A DNA stretch of 64,000 nt from an uncultured Candidatus Rokubacteria bacterium (GCA_963754315.1 CAVWFS010000010.1:78527-142526); one strand, 5' to 3'. Counted from the first letter of the stretch, positions 1 to 11,131 are shown. Numbers and translations: made by a program. Notes: generated by a model not told the origin, from the sequence alone.

Positions 1-846
1 CGCTCGGCCTCCTGCTCACGGTCGGCGCGCTGGCGGGCAACCTCGGCACGCTGGGCGGCGCGCTGGATCTCCAGCTCGCGCTCCTGGGCGAGACGCGCGT
101 ACTCCAGCTCGCGATCGATGTCGAGGGCCTGGCGCTCGGTGTCCAGATTCTTGTTCCGCATCTGAATCATCGTGTCCTGCTCGATGTCGTTGCGGATCTT
201 CTTGCGCCGCTCGATCTGCTCGGTCAGCCGGGTCAAGCCCCTCGGCGTCGAAGGCGTTGGATGGATTGAAGAACTCGAGCGCAGTCTGGTCGAGCTGGGT
301 GAGGGAGACTGCCTCCAGCTCGAGGCCGTTCTGAAGGAGGTCGCTGGCGACCACGCTCTTCACGCGCTTGACGTACTCGCCCCGTTTCTCGTGAAGCTCC
401 TCCATCGTCATCTCGGCGGCCACCGTGCGCAGCGCATCCACGAACTTGCCTTCCACCAGCTCTTTCAGGGTCTCCGGTTGCAGGGTGCGCTGACCCAGGG
501 TCTGGGCGGCGGCGGCGATGGGCTCCACTCCTGCCCGCACCCGCACGTAGAACTCGGAGATCACGTCGACCCGCATGCGATCCTTCGTGATCAGTGCTTT
601 GTCGCGACCGCGGGACACCTCCAGCCTGAGCGTGTTCATGTTGACGGGCACCACCTCGTGGACGATGGGCAGGACGAAGGCGCCGCCGTTCATCACCACC
701 TTCTGACCGCCGAGGCCGGTGCGCACGAAGGCCCGTTCCTTGGACGAGCGCAGGTACAGCCAGTTCATGAGCCACACCACGATGGCGACCACGATGGCCG
801 CCGCGATCACGACGAGGACGAGGGCGCCGAATTGCGCTCCACTCAT
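1..846 (-). CDS. Flotillin/SPFH (band 7) family membrane protein, YqiK-like; runs off the window start; frameshift near 238
   Basis: N-terminal TM helix, then AFVRTGLGG..V..GGA.VLP, LITKDRMRVDV..EFYVRV and FNPSNAFDAEGL. The coiled-coil tail continues in another frame after a G-run. RBS AAGGAG upstream. Confidence 0.88.
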
Positions 847-861
847 GACGGTCTCCTTGCT

Positions 862-1692
862 TCAGCGCCTGATGCGCTTGAACTTGCGAGTGGTCTCCGT
901 CAGTGCCACCTCGGTCGGCAGGCGCTCCATGCTGGAGGCGCCGTAGAAGCCATGACAACCTCGGCAGTTCCGGAGGATGTAGCGAGCGTCCGAAGGGCGG
1001 GCAATCGGGCCCCCGTGACACAACACGATGATCTCGTTTCGCACCTCGCGGGCGGCCGCCGCCCACGCCTCGATCCTCGGGACGCAGTTCTTCAGGGTGA
1101 GAGCGGTCTCGGCGCCGATGGCACCGCCCGTGGTGAGCCCAAGATGGCAGACGACAATGTCGGCTCCGGCCTTGGCCATGTCGATCGCGTTCTGCTCCGA
1201 GAAGACGTACGGGGTGGTGAGCAGATCCATCTCATGAGCCGCGCGGATCATGCCGACTTCCAGCGCATATCCCATCCCGGTCTCCTCGAGCTGAGCCCGG
1301 ATCGTTCCGTCGAAGAGACCCACCGTGGGGAAATTCTGTACTCCGGAGAACCCCAGCGCGGCCAGGCGAGCCAGGAAGTCGCCCGTGATCATGAAGGGGT
1401 CAGTCCCATTCACGCCGGCCAGCACCGGCGTCCGCTGGACCACGGGCAGTACCTCACGCGCCATGTCCAGCACGATCTCGTTCGCGTTGCCGTAGGCGAG
1501 CAGGCCGGCCAGGGATCCCCGACCGGCCATGCGGTAGCGGCCGGAATTGTAGATGACGATCAGATCGATTCCTCCCGCCTCCTCGCACTTGGCCGAGAGG
1601 CCGGTGCCGGCGCCGCCGCCGATGATCGGCTCACCGCGCCGGATCATGGCCCGGAACTTCTTGAGGATGTCGGCGCGCGCTACCCGAGCCAC
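862..1692 (-). CDS. Phosphoenolpyruvate-hydrolase-like TIM-barrel protein (TIM-barrel signal transduction family)
   Basis: [50 protein letters not shown] and [12 protein letters not shown] motifs; GTG start inferred at 1692. Confidence 0.9.
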   Translation of the reverse strand: MARVARADILKKFRAMIRRGEPIIGGGAGTGLSAKCEEAGGIDLIVIYNSGRYRMAGRGSLAGLLAYGNANEIVLDMAREVLPVVQRTPVLAGVNGTDPFMITGDFLARLAALGFSGVQNFPTVGLFDGTIRAQLEETGMGYALEVGMIRAAHEMDLLTTPYVFSEQNAIDMAKAGADIVVCHLGLTTGGAIGAETALTLKNCVPRIEAWAAAAREVRNEIIVLCHGGPIARPSDARYILRNCRGCHGFYGASSMERLPTEVALTETTRKFKRIRR

Positions 1693-1699
1693 GATACGG

Positions 1700-4000
1700 T
1701 CACCGCGCGGCCGCCCGTTCGGCCGTGGGCGTCCCCACGATCGCGTCGAAACTGGCCACCAGCGCGTCGGCGAACGCCTGATCGTTGATGTTGTGAGGCA
1801 ACCTGAGAAGCGTGCGATTCGGTCCCGTGCGAAATCCCGCGGCGATGGTCTCGAACAACACGCGATCGGCGGCCGGGTCCCAGAAGGGCTGGCCCACCGC
1901 ATCGAGCAGCGAGACCCCCCCCTCGGGGATCAAGAAGCGCACCGGACCCTCCATGCGATTGAGCTTGTCGACAATGAACCGCCCGATGCGTGCACACTCG
2001 TCCGGCGTGGTGCGCATCAAGGTCACGTTCGGGTTGTGCCGGTGCAGGGTGCGGCTCCGAAACGATGTCGGCACGGTGTCCATGGCCCAGAAATTCACCA
2101 TGTCGAGCGCGCCGCAGGAGCCGACGTACGGTACGCGGGCGCGGATGATCGCATCGAGCCGGGCCGGCCCTGCGGAGAGGACGCCGCCGACGACCTCGTC
2201 CGCGATCTCGGTGGTGGTGACGTCGATGACTCCGGCTAGCAGGCCGGAATCCACGAGCTTTTCCATGGACTGGCCGCCAGTGCCGGTGGCATGGAAGACC
2301 AGACAGTCGTAGCGGTCCTCGAGGATCCGCGTGACGGCCTGCACGCATGGCGTGGTCAACCCGAACATGGTGAGGCCGATGGCCGGCTTCGTCTCCGACC
2401 TCGCGCCCGGCGCGCGGGCGTAGGCGATCATGCCGGCCAGCGCGTGGGCGGCGTTGGTCAGCACTCGTTCCGAGATCCGGTTGATGCCCGCCACGTCGGT
2501 GACGGAGTACATCATGCAGATGTCGGCGGGGCCGACGTAGGGCTTCACGTCGCCCGAGGCCACCGTCGACACCATGACTTTGGGGACCCCGATCGGTAGG
2601 CGGCGCATGGCCATGGTGGCCAACGCAGTCCCGCCCGATCCGCCCGCCGAGATGAGACCGCCCAGATCGCGTCGACGGGTGACGAAGTGCTCGAAGGCCA
2701 CGGCCATCTCGCTCACCGCCGAGCCACGCTCGCCGGTGAAGACCGCGCGCTCGCCCCTGGGATGATGCCGTGCCACCTCGCGCGGATGGATCATGGCCGG
2801 CGACGGCTTTCCCGAGGTGGCCAGATCGACGGTGACGGTGCGGAGCCCGAGCTTGTCCAGACAGTTGCGCAGGAAGAAGAGCTCCCGACCTTTGGTGTCG
2901 AACGTACCCGCGATGTAGGCGGCGCGCCCGACCGTGGCGGCGAGAGGGAACTCCAGCACACGGGTGGGATGGCCCTCGTCTGGACGCTCCGTCACCGCGT
3001 CGGCAGACACGGGCGTTGCCAGCACTGACGGGGATACCTGGTCGAGCAGACGGTCGCGCGGCGCGGCCCTGGGATCGGCGGCGTTCCAGCGCGTGAAGCT
3101 TCGCACGGCCCGTTCCCTGCGTTCGGTCGATGCGGGGCCGTCTTGGTCGCCGCCCGCGGCCGCGTCGTCAGCAGATCGTCTGACCGTGTAGATGGTGATC
3201 GTGTCCGGCTCTTCTCCACCAGGAGCGACACTCTCGGACAAGGCGACCTCGTCGTCTACACCGACCCTCACGCCGAGGAGTTGCTGCTGTAGCTCGCGGT
3301 CTCCCGCTAGCTCGGCGGCCGGCATGGAGCGCGCAATGCGCCCGTTAACCATCACGTCGATGGTGTCCGCGACATCGATGGCCACGCCCAAGTTCTGCTC
3401 GATCAGCAGCACCGAGATGTTGCCCTCGCCGGCGAGGTGTTTCAGCATGTCTGCGACCTGCCCCACGATCAGGGGGGCCAGACCCTCCGTCGGCTCGTCC
3501 ATCACCAGCAGGATGGGGTTGAAGAGCAGCGCGCGGGCAATGGCAAGCATCTGTTGCTCACCGCCGGACAGCTCGGCCCCGCCGTGACCCTTCCGTTCGG
3601 CCAGCCGCGGAAACGTCTGGTACACGCGTGCCACCGTCCACGAGCCCGACTGGTCACGGGCGGCCAGCCGCAGATGCTCATCCACAGTCAGGGAGGGCCA
3701 CACGCGCCGCCCCTGGGGCACGTACCCGATGCCTTTGCCGGTGATGGTGTGCGGAGCCAGGCCCAGGATCTCCTCGCCCGCCAGGCGAACGCTGCCGGCG
3801 GCGGGCACGAGCCCGGTGATCGCGTTGCACAAGGTGGTCTTCCCCATGCCGTTGCGACCGACCACGGCGAGGACGCCGTGATCGAGCTTGAGCGAGACCT
3901 CCTGGAGCGCGTGGGCCCGGCCGTAGTACACGTCCAGGTTCTCGATGACCAGGATGGGACGCGACGGGGACCGCGCCGGCGTGCGAGTGCGCCACCGCAT
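1700..4000 (-). CDS. LivF-type ABC ATPase fused to a Tm-1-like/UPF0261 ATP-binding domain
   Basis: Walker [21 protein letters not shown]; then [47 protein letters not shown] and [10 protein letters not shown], all in one frame. Confidence 0.9.
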   Translation of the reverse strand: MRWRTRTPARSPSRPILVIENLDVYYGRAHALQEVSLKLDHGVLAVVGRNGMGKTTLCNAITGLVPAAGSVRLAGEEILGLAPHTITGKGIGYVPQGRRVWPSLTVDEHLRLAARDQSGSWTVARVYQTFPRLAERKGHGGAELSGGEQQMLAIARALLFNPILLVMDEPTEGLAPLIVGQVADMLKHLAGEGNISVLLIEQNLGVAIDVADTIDVMVNGRIARSMPAAELAGDRELQQQLLGVRVGVDDEVALSESVAPGGEEPDTITIYTVRRSADDAAAGGDQDGPASTERRERAVRSFTRWNAADPRAAPRDRLLDQVSPSVLATPVSADAVTERPDEGHPTRVLEFPLAATVGRAAYIAGTFDTKGRELFFLRNCLDKLGLRTVTVDLATSGKPSPAMIHPREVARHHPRGERAVFTGERGSAVSEMAVAFEHFVTRRRDLGGLISAGGSGGTALATMAMRRLPIGVPKVMVSTVASGDVKPYVGPADICMMYSVTDVAGINRISERVLTNAAHALAGMIAYARAPGARSETKPAIGLTMFGLTTPCVQAVTRILEDRYDCLVFHATGTGGQSMEKLVDSGLLAGVIDVTTTEIADEVVGGVLSAGPARLDAIIRARVPYVGSCGALDMVNFWAMDTVPTSFRSRTLHRHNPNVTLMRTTPDECARIGRFIVDKLNRMEGPVRFLIPEGGVSLLDAVGQPFWDPAADRVLFETIAAGFRTGPNRTLLRLPHNINDQAFADALVASFDAIVGTPTAERAAAR

Positions 4001-4731
4001 CAGGTCCGAGATCCCCCGATGTAGATCGCCTGGACCTCGGCATCGGCCTCGATCTCGGCTGGCGTGCCGTGCTTGAGCACGTGGCCGTTGTGCATCACGG
4101 TGACCCGTTCGACGACGCGCAGGGCCACGTCGAGGTCATGCTCGATGATGATGTAGCCCATGTGAGATGGCAGTGCGGCCAGCAGGGCAATCAGCTGGCG
4201 CCGCTCGGCAGGGGAGAGGCCGGCGGCGGGTTCGTCGAACAGGATGAAACGCGGAGCCCCGGCCAGGGCCATGCCGATCTCGAGCTGACGCTGCTGGCCA
4301 TGGGACAACGACGAGACGGGCTGATCGGCCACCGGTGTCAGTGCGACGCGCTGGAGCAGGTCGTCGGTGGCCAGTCGAGAGGAATGGGACGGCCGGGGAC
4401 GCAGGAGGCCGAACCGCCCACGCGTCACTCCCCGGACCGCCAGGAACAGATTGTCGCGTACGGTCAGCTCGCGAAACAGGAGCGAGGATTGATAGGTGCG
4501 CCTCAAGCCCATGCGGATGCGCTCGTGGGGCGGCAGGGCCGTGACGTCCTCGCCAAAGAAGCGCACGCTACCGGCGGTGGGCGGAAAGTCGCCGGTGACG
4601 GTGTTGAACAACGTGGTCTTGCCGGCCCCGTTGGCGCCGATGAGGGCGCGCCGCTCGCCGGCGGCCACCGAGAGCGAGACGTCCTCGATCGCCCGCAGGG
4701 CGCCGAACGTGCGGGTGACGCCCTCGAGCAC
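4000..4731 (-). CDS. Branched-chain amino acid-type ABC ATPase (LivG-like)
   Basis: [32 protein letters not shown]; start uncertain. Confidence 0.9.
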   Translation of the reverse strand: MLEGVTRTFGALRAIEDVSLSVAAGERRALIGANGAGKTTLFNTVTGDFPPTAGSVRFFGEDVTALPPHERIRMGLRRTYQSSLLFRELTVRDNLFLAVRGVTRGRFGLLRPRPSHSSRLATDDLLQRVALTPVADQPVSSLSHGQQRQLEIGMALAGAPRFILFDEPAAGLSPAERRQLIALLAALPSHMGYIIIEHDLDVALRVVERVTVMHNGHVLKHGTPAEIEADAEVQAIYIGGSRT

Positions 4732-4783
4732 GAGAGCGTCACCCGACGTGCCGGGCGCTTGGTTCGTCAGCGCCGTCTCCCGC

Positions 4784-6046
4784 TCACGGGCAGTTTGGGA
4801 CGTCGCGCGAGCCGAGGCCGACCTTGTCGAAATCGGCCTTGCTCATGCCCAGAAGCTGGTTGACGTTCGGCACCACCCTGACCACCTTGTTGTAGAACGT
4901 CCCGTCGGCCCCCTTGGCCACCTCGGTGACAAACGTGGTCCCGATCGCCTGGCGGTTCTCGTCGAGGGTAACCACGCCGGTCGGTGTCTGGAGCTTCAGG
5001 GTCTTGAGGGCCTCTCGGTACTTGGCCTGACCCCCCGAGAGGTCTCCCTTGACCGCCTCGAGCCCATCCAGCGCCGCCTTCATGTTGATGTAGTAGACGA
5101 AGGCGAACAGGGACGGGCTGGGAAAGCCGTCCTTGAAGTTTGCCTTGTAGTCGGCCACGAACTTCTTCCAGTCGGCGCCGTCGTAGCTGTCGGCGATGGG
5201 ACCCGCCGACGGCGTCCCGAGCAGCGACTCGCGGCGCTTGCCCTTGAAGTTGAGCACGGTCTGGTCGACGGTGATGGAGCCGCCCACCATCGGCTTGGCG
5301 CCGCCCGCCTGCTCATACTGGGTGAGGAAATTCACGGCGTCGGCGCCACCCAGGACGACCAGGAGCGCGTCCACGTCCTGCGGCAGCTTGGCGATGACCG
5401 ACGAATAGTCCTTGGCGCCCAGCGGCACCCAGGCTTTGTGCGTGACGCGCCCTCCGGCCTTGCAGTACTCCATCATGAAGCCCTGTACCTGCGAGTACGG
5501 GAACGCATAGTCCTCGGCGATGAGGGCCATCTTCTTGTAGCCCTTGTCCTTGAACGCGAAGTCGCCAAGACCCACCATCCACTGCGCCCCCTCGGTGTTG
5601 AAGCGGAAGAAGTTGGGCGAGGGATCGACCAGGGTTGTGGCCTGGGCGCCCGAGGAGCCATTGATGAACGTGATGTTGGGCTGCGACTTCGAGTAGTTCT
5701 TGACGGCGATGCCCTCGGAGCCAGAGAGGGGGCCGACCATGATGTCGACCTTGTCCTGCTCGACCAGCTTGCGCGTGGCGTTGACCGCGACGTCGGGCTT
5801 GGCGTCGGACGACGCCTTGATGACCTCGATCTTCTTGCCCGCCACCATGCCGCCGCGCTGCTTCACGGCCAGTTCGGCGCCGCGCATCCCGTCCTGGCCG
5901 CCCGCCGCGAACGGCCCCTCCAGGGTGGCCAGGAGGCCGATCTTGACGACTTGCTGCGCGTTTGCGCTTCCGACGACGGCGAACAGCACCGCCGCCACCA
6001 CAGCCACCACGGCCCGGATACACCACTGACTGAAGAGTGACGTCAT
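4784..6046 (-). CDS. ABC substrate-binding protein, Leu/Ile/Val-binding family
   Basis: Signal peptide, VKIGLLATLEGPFA, VGPLSGSEG; RBS AAGGAGG before ATG at 6046. Confidence 0.9.
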   Translation of the reverse strand: MTSLFSQWCIRAVVAVVAAVLFAVVGSANAQQVVKIGLLATLEGPFAAGGQDGMRGAELAVKQRGGMVAGKKIEVIKASSDAKPDVAVNATRKLVEQDKVDIMVGPLSGSEGIAVKNYSKSQPNITFINGSSGAQATTLVDPSPNFFRFNTEGAQWMVGLGDFAFKDKGYKKMALIAEDYAFPYSQVQGFMMEYCKAGGRVTHKAWVPLGAKDYSSVIAKLPQDVDALLVVLGGADAVNFLTQYEQAGGAKPMVGGSITVDQTVLNFKGKRRESLLGTPSAGPIADSYDGADWKKFVADYKANFKDGFPSPSLFAFVYYINMKAALDGLEAVKGDLSGGQAKYREALKTLKLQTPTGVVTLDENRQAIGTTFVTEVAKGADGTFYNKVVRVVPNVNQLLGMSKADFDKVGLGSRDVPNCP

Positions 6047-6218
6047 CGTCTCCTCCTTGATGTTTGGGGGCCTGGCCCCCGCCAAATCGCCCGCTCACCA
6101 GGGTGCCGCAGAGTCACGAGGCCCCTGGGTCGCGCGGGTGCCACACTGCCCACACCGTCGTTCACGCCGAAGACCCGTGGCGGTCTTGCCATTGAGGGCC
6201 GTTGGCTCGATCGGTCGA

Positions 6219-6237
6219 TGTAATACGCTGTATGACA
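6219..6237 (+). promoter_or_regulatory. Inverted repeat TGTAATAC-N3-GTATGACA, likely antitoxin operator overlapping the promoter
   Basis: 7/8 inverted repeat abutting the antitoxin ATG. Confidence 0.55.
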
Positions 6238-6455
6238 TGAGATCTGTGGTGACCATCCGGCTGGATGCAGACCTGGACAAGCTACTCGACCAGCTTTGCA
6301 AGCAGACCGGCCAGACCCGAAGTGAACTTGTGCGTGATGCGCTGCGGCGACAGCTGACCCTGCGGAGATTCGAACGCCTCCGGCGTCGAGCGCTGCCGTT
6401 TGCCGAGGCGCGCGGGTACCTGACGGACGAGGACGTCGCGCGCGACGTCTCTTGA
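6237..6455 (+). CDS. Ribbon-helix-helix (CopG-like) antitoxin
   Basis: VTIRLD...L..L....G.TRSELVRDALR; 4-bp overlap with the PIN gene. Confidence 0.85.
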   Translation: MRSVVTIRLDADLDKLLDQLCKQTGQTRSELVRDALRRQLTLRRFERLRRRALPFAEARGYLTDEDVARDVS

Positions 6456-6856
6456 GGGTGTTCCTTGACACGAACGTCTTGGTCAGCGCCTTCGCGACGC
6501 GTGGGCTGTGCGCAGATGTGCTACGCGTCGTCCTCGGCGAGCACCCCCTCGTCACGAGCGAAGTCGTGCTGCGAGAACTCGGGCGGGTCCTGCAGAGGCG
6601 GATCGGCCTCCCACCGCGGACGGTCAAGGAGATCGTGGAGTTCCTCCGAGAGCACGAGGTGGCCCCTCGACCCGCGAGGCGAGCCGCGATTCCTCGACGC
6701 GATCCCGATGACCAATGGGTACTGGCCTCCGCGATCGAGAGCCGGGCAGATGTGCTGGTGACTGGTGATCGAGACCTGCTGGATGTCGCGAGGTCAGTGG
6801 GCATCAAGATCGTCGACCCCCGCGGATTTTGGGAGTTCGTCCGCAAGAACGGGTAG
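6452..6856 (+). CDS. PIN-domain toxin (putative TA toxin component)
   Basis: VFLDTNVLVSA, RDPDD..VL..A, LVTGDRDLL. Confidence 0.9.
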   Translation: MRVFLDTNVLVSAFATRGLCADVLRVVLGEHPLVTSEVVLRELGRVLQRRIGLPPRTVKEIVEFLREHEVAPRPARRAAIPRRDPDDQWVLASAIESRADVLVTGDRDLLDVARSVGIKIVDPRGFWEFVRKNG

Positions 6857-6886
6857 GACCTCGCCCGGCCGTTCAACGCGGCTGTC

Positions 6887-8095
6887 TCACGCGATTCCTC
6901 GGCCGCGTGGTGTCGCCGGCTCGGACAGGCGCGATTGGGCCGAGCGGGCGGTGAGGTAGGCGCGGCCGCGCGCCCACCAGCCGAGGAGGCCGTCGGGCGA
7001 GAAGAGGACGATCAGCAGAAACACCCCGCCAATGAGCAGATTGAAGCGCTCACGATCGACGAGATCGACCGCGAAATTCTGCATCAGCACGAAGACCAGG
7101 GCGCCGAGGAAGGGCCCGATGGGATGCCGCAGGCCGCCCAGCACCGCGATGATGAGGATGTTGATCAGCCAGCTGACGCCGACGGAGCCGGGCGAGACCA
7201 GGCCGTTGTACCAGACCAGGAGCACGCCGCCGACCGCTGCGATCATGCCTGCGACCGCGTAGGCGGCGACGCGGTGCGCGGTGACGTCGAAACCGAGCGC
7301 GCTCATGCGGCGGGGGTTGTCGCGGATGCCCTGCAGGGCCACGCCGAACGGCGCGCGCAGAAGATAGGCGACGAAGATATACCCGGCCAGCGACCAGAAC
7401 GCCGCGAGGTAGTAGAAGGTGATGGGAGCGCGCAGATCGGCACCCAGTATCGCCGGGGTGCGCACGCTCTGGAAACCCTGAAACCCGTTGAAGAGTGAGT
7501 AGTTCTGCTGCGCGAGGTAGTAAAAGGCCACACCGATGGCCAAGGTGATCATGATCGTGTAGATGCCCTCGGTGCGCACCGAGAACCAGCCGATCAACGT
7601 GGCACACGCGGTGGCGATCGCCAGCGCGAGGATCACTGCCAGCCACCACGGCCACCCCAGGCTGATGTCGGTGCCGCTGGTGGCGAAGATCGCGAACATG
7701 TAGCTGGCGATCCCGGCCACCGTCATTTGCGCGAGCGAGACCATGCCACCGTAGCCGGCCAGGAAGGTCAGGGACAGCGCGATGAGCCCGAGCACCAATG
7801 ACTGGGCGCCGATCTGGAACGTGAAGAACGGCGTGGCCAGCCAGGGATAGATCAGTATCCCGAACAAGACCAACACGTGGGGCACTCGCACCCGCCCCGG
7901 GACCCACGACCATCGGCGCGCCGCGCCGCGTTGGGCTTGCCGTCGGGCCTCCTCGCGCGTCGGCCCCGTGTGCCCGTTCGCATCGACGCCTCCCGTTGAA
8001 GGCCATGCGGGGCCGGGAGCGCCGCGCGCGGTTTGCCGCCAAGCGCGGCGGCCGGCGCCCGCGTTCATGGCCCGACGCCAGTCGGCGGCACTCAC
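6887..8095 (-). CDS. Branched-chain amino acid ABC permease (LivM-like)
   Basis: GYGGMVSLAQ, GIYTIMITLA, GIRDNPRRMSALGF; N-terminus uncertain. Confidence 0.88.
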   Translation of the reverse strand: MSAADWRRAMNAGAGRRAWRQTARGAPGPAWPSTGGVDANGHTGPTREEARRQAQRGAARRWSWVPGRVRVPHVLVLFGILIYPWLATPFFTFQIGAQSLVLGLIALSLTFLAGYGGMVSLAQMTVAGIASYMFAIFATSGTDISLGWPWWLAVILALAIATACATLIGWFSVRTEGIYTIMITLAIGVAFYYLAQQNYSLFNGFQGFQSVRTPAILGADLRAPITFYYLAAFWSLAGYIFVAYLLRAPFGVALQGIRDNPRRMSALGFDVTAHRVAAYAVAGMIAAVGGVLLVWYNGLVSPGSVGVSWLINILIIAVLGGLRHPIGPFLGALVFVLMQNFAVDLVDRERFNLLIGGVFLLIVLFSPDGLLGWWARGRAYLTARSAQSRLSEPATPRGRGIA

Positions 8096-9036
8096 GCGCG
8101 CCTGCCCAGAATCCCTTGCGGTCGGAAGGCGAGGACGAGAGCCATGATCACGAACGTGAAGACCACGCTATAGGTCGGCGCGTAGGCGAGGCCGAACTGT
8201 TCGGCCACCCCGATCATGATGGCGCCGACGGCCGCTCCCACGACGCTGCCCATGCCCCCCACGATCACGACCACGAGCGAGGCGAGCTGGTAGCGAGTGT
8301 CCTCACCCGGAGCGATGGAGAGGGCGGTGCCGCCCACGACGCCGGCAAACCCGGCCAGCCCGGCGCCGATGGCGAAGGTGATGGCGAACACGAACTGCAC
8401 GTTGACCCCCGAGGCGGCGAGCATGGCCCGGTCGTCCACCCCGGCCCGGATCATCATGCCGACCCGGGTGCGATTGAGAAACCACCACAGGAGGATGCCG
8501 ATGGCGGCCGACATCGCGAGCAGCATCAGCCGGTACGTGGGGTAGATCTCCACCAGAGGCAGGGAGGTGCGACCGTAGATCCAGCGTGGTGGATCGAACT
8601 GGTAGATCTCGCCGCCGAAGATCCACAGCAGGATGTCGGCGAGCATGATGGAGAGCGCGATGGTCACCATGGTCTGGCGCATGTCCTCGCCGTGCATGAA
8701 CCGGAACACGGCCACCTGGAGCACCAGCCCGAAGAGGGCAGCGCTCGCGAACCCCGCCGCCGCCGCCAGCAGCCATGAGCCGCTCCGGTCACCGACCACG
8801 TAACCGATGTAGGCCCCGAACAGATAGAGCGAGCCGTGGGCGAGATTGACGTTACGCATGAGGCCGAACACCAAGGTGAAGCCGCTCGCCACGAGGAAGT
8901 AAAGCGCGGCCAGGGTCAGCCCGTTGAGGGCGGTGGTGAAGAACAGCTTAGCGTTGTCGGCGAGCGCCCACGCGGCCAGGAGCGCCACCGAGACGCCGAG
9001 CACACCACCCCAGAACCACTGCCACCCGCGTGACAC
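8092..9036 (-). CDS. Branched-chain amino acid ABC permease (LivH-like)
   Basis: GFTLVFGLMRNVNLAHG, GMMIRA, VIVGGMGS. Confidence 0.9.
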   Translation of the reverse strand: MSRGWQWFWGGVLGVSVALLAAWALADNAKLFFTTALNGLTLAALYFLVASGFTLVFGLMRNVNLAHGSLYLFGAYIGYVVGDRSGSWLLAAAAGFASAALFGLVLQVAVFRFMHGEDMRQTMVTIALSIMLADILLWIFGGEIYQFDPPRWIYGRTSLPLVEIYPTYRLMLLAMSAAIGILLWWFLNRTRVGMMIRAGVDDRAMLAASGVNVQFVFAITFAIGAGLAGFAGVVGGTALSIAPGEDTRYQLASLVVVIVGGMGSVVGAAVGAIMIGVAEQFGLAYAPTYSVVFTFVIMALVLAFRPQGILGRRA

Positions 9037-9043
9037 GCGCGTC

Positions 9044-10333
9044 CTACGCCACCGACCGGCCGATGCGCGTCTGCGCCGAGCGGATCTGCGGTTCCTTGTA
9101 GAACACGCCGTCCTTCATGACCGCGAGCAGCCGAGCCTGGTCGCGCAGGATGGCCAGGTTCCCGAGCGGATCGCCGTCCACCAGCAGGAGGTCGGCCAGG
9201 TACCCTTCTTTCAGCTGCCCCAGTTCGCTTCCGAGCATCATGATCTCGCCGCCGTGGCGGGTAGCGGAGAGCAGCGCCTCCATCGGCGTCATGCCCAGGT
9301 ATTTGACGAAATACTCGAGGTCACGCGCGTTGTCGCAGTGCGGGGTGAAGGCGAAGCCGTAGTCCCCGCCCGGCAACACGCGCACGCCGCGCTTGTGCAT
9401 CTTTTTCAGTGACTCGACCGCTGCCGCCAGCTCGACCTCATAGCCCATCTCGATGGCTTTCTGACGGGTGATGCCCCAGGGCGCGGCGTGCTCGAGCATG
9501 GCCACCAGGATGCCGATGCCCGGTGCCACGAAGAGCCGATCGCGATGGGCCTCGAGCAGGTCGAGCGCCTCGTCGTCGGTGAAGCTCGCATGGTAGATGA
9601 TCTGAATACCGTGGCGTACAGCCTGCTTGATCGACGCGCAGGAGCGCGCGTGCGCCGCCACGCGCTTGCCCCGCATCGTCGTTTCCTTCACCGCCACCGC
9701 CACCTCCTCGTCACTCATCCAGGTGGTGCCGGCCGGCGCCGATGGCATGAAGTTGTCGCCCGACAGATTGAGCTTGATCGAGTCCACGCCGTATTTGAGG
9801 AACATGCGCACCGCGCGCCGCATCTCCTCGGGGCCGGTCACCGCCACCCCGAAACTGAACTCGGGAAAGGGCAAGTGGGGCAAGGTCTCGTCGCCGAGTC
9901 CGCCGACCACCGTGATCTCCTGGCTGGCGGCCAGATAGCGGGGGCCAGGAATGAGTCCCTCGTTGATGGCATTACGAGTCACCACGTCGAGCCGGGGCTT
10001 GGCGCAGGCGGCCCCCACGCACGAGGTCCAGCCCGCCAGCAGATAGCGCTTGGCGACGCTGGCCGACCACAGCACGTGCTCCTCGAGGGGGAGCCGCTGG
10101 AGGTCGGAGAGGCCGGCCGCGTCGTTCCAGGAAAAATGCGTGTGCGCTTCGACCATGCCAGGCATCAAGGTGGCTCCGGAGCCGTCGATGACAGGCAGGC
10201 CGGCGGCCGGAAGCACGCGGACGCCGCGGGCCACCCGCGCAATCCGATTGCCCTGCACGAGGAGCTCGCCGGCGTAGGGCTCGGCGCCGGTCCCGTCGAT
10301 GATGCGCACATTTGTGAAGAGCACATTGCTCAT
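9044..10333 (-). CDS. Metal-dependent amidohydrolase (Xaa-Pro dipeptidase-like subfamily), paralog B
   Basis: MPGMVEAHTH, IKL, AAHA, IYHA, GGDYG, GYLADLLLVDGDPL. Confidence 0.88.
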   Translation of the reverse strand: MSNVLFTNVRIIDGTGAEPYAGELLVQGNRIARVARGVRVLPAAGLPVIDGSGATLMPGMVEAHTHFSWNDAAGLSDLQRLPLEEHVLWSASVAKRYLLAGWTSCVGAACAKPRLDVVTRNAINEGLIPGPRYLAASQEITVVGGLGDETLPHLPFPEFSFGVAVTGPEEMRRAVRMFLKYGVDSIKLNLSGDNFMPSAPAGTTWMSDEEVAVAVKETTMRGKRVAAHARSCASIKQAVRHGIQIIYHASFTDDEALDLLEAHRDRLFVAPGIGILVAMLEHAAPWGITRQKAIEMGYEVELAAAVESLKKMHKRGVRVLPGGDYGFAFTPHCDNARDLEYFVKYLGMTPMEALLSATRHGGEIMMLGSELGQLKEGYLADLLLVDGDPLGNLAILRDQARLLAVMKDGVFYKEPQIRSAQTRIGRSVA

Positions 10334-10345
10334 AGGTGTCGTTCC

Positions 10346-11131
10346 TTACATGCGCTGCGTGTAGAAACGTCGCAGCAGCGCGTCGCATTCGTCGGGCTTT
10401 TCGAGCATGGTCCAGTGTCCGCAGCGCGACAGCACCTCGACCCGGGCCCCGGGGATGCGTTCGCCGATCTGGCGCACTGACTGTGCCGGGGCGATCGCGT
10501 CCTCGTCACCGGTGACGAGCAGGGTCGGACACGCGATGGTCGCCACGTCGGTGGCGCGGGCATCAGCCAGCGCGTCGCAGGTGCGCGCGTAGCCCTCCGG
10601 ACACTGGCGCATCAGCAGCTCGCGGACGGCGGCCACCGCCACCGGGCGCCGCGTCCTCGTCTCGGTGGAGATCGACGCCTGGAGCAGGGCGTCGGCGAGG
10701 ACCTGCATTCCGGCCTCGCCGTCACGGCGGGCTTGCTCCCCTCGCCCGCGCAGTCCGGCGCGGGCCGCATCGGGTGGGCAGAGCAGCGGCCCGAACAGGA
10801 CGAGACTCCGGACCAGTCGGGGCGCCGTCGTCGCCAGGTGGAAGGCCACGATGGTGCCCAGTGAGTGCGCGACCACGTGCACACGCTCCAGCTGCAGGGC
10901 CGCGCACACGTGGAGCATGGCCTGCACCAAGCGCTCGATCGACAGCGGTCCCTCCACGCGATGCGAACGCCCCGAGCCGGGCAAGTCGGGTCGCACGGTC
11001 CGGTGACGAATCAGCGCTGGCCGCATCGGGGTCCAGACGTTGGAGGTGCCACCCAGGCCATGGATCATCAGCACGGGCTCGCCGTCGCCGTCGGTCTCGA
11101 CTGCCATGCGCTCGACGAACTGGGTGGCCAT
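10346..11131 (-). CDS. Alpha/beta fold hydrolase
   Basis: IHGLGG, DLPGSGRS, AHSLG nucleophile elbow, GDED, GHW. Confidence 0.9.
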   Translation of the reverse strand: MATQFVERMAVETDGDGEPVLMIHGLGGTSNVWTPMRPALIRHRTVRPDLPGSGRSHRVEGPLSIERLVQAMLHVCAALQLERVHVVAHSLGTIVAFHLATTAPRLVRSLVLFGPLLCPPDAARAGLRGRGEQARRDGEAGMQVLADALLQASISTETRTRRPVAVAAVRELLMRQCPEGYARTCDALADARATDVATIACPTLLVTGDEDAIAPAQSVRQIGERIPGARVEVLSRCGHWTMLEKPDECDALLRRFYTQRM

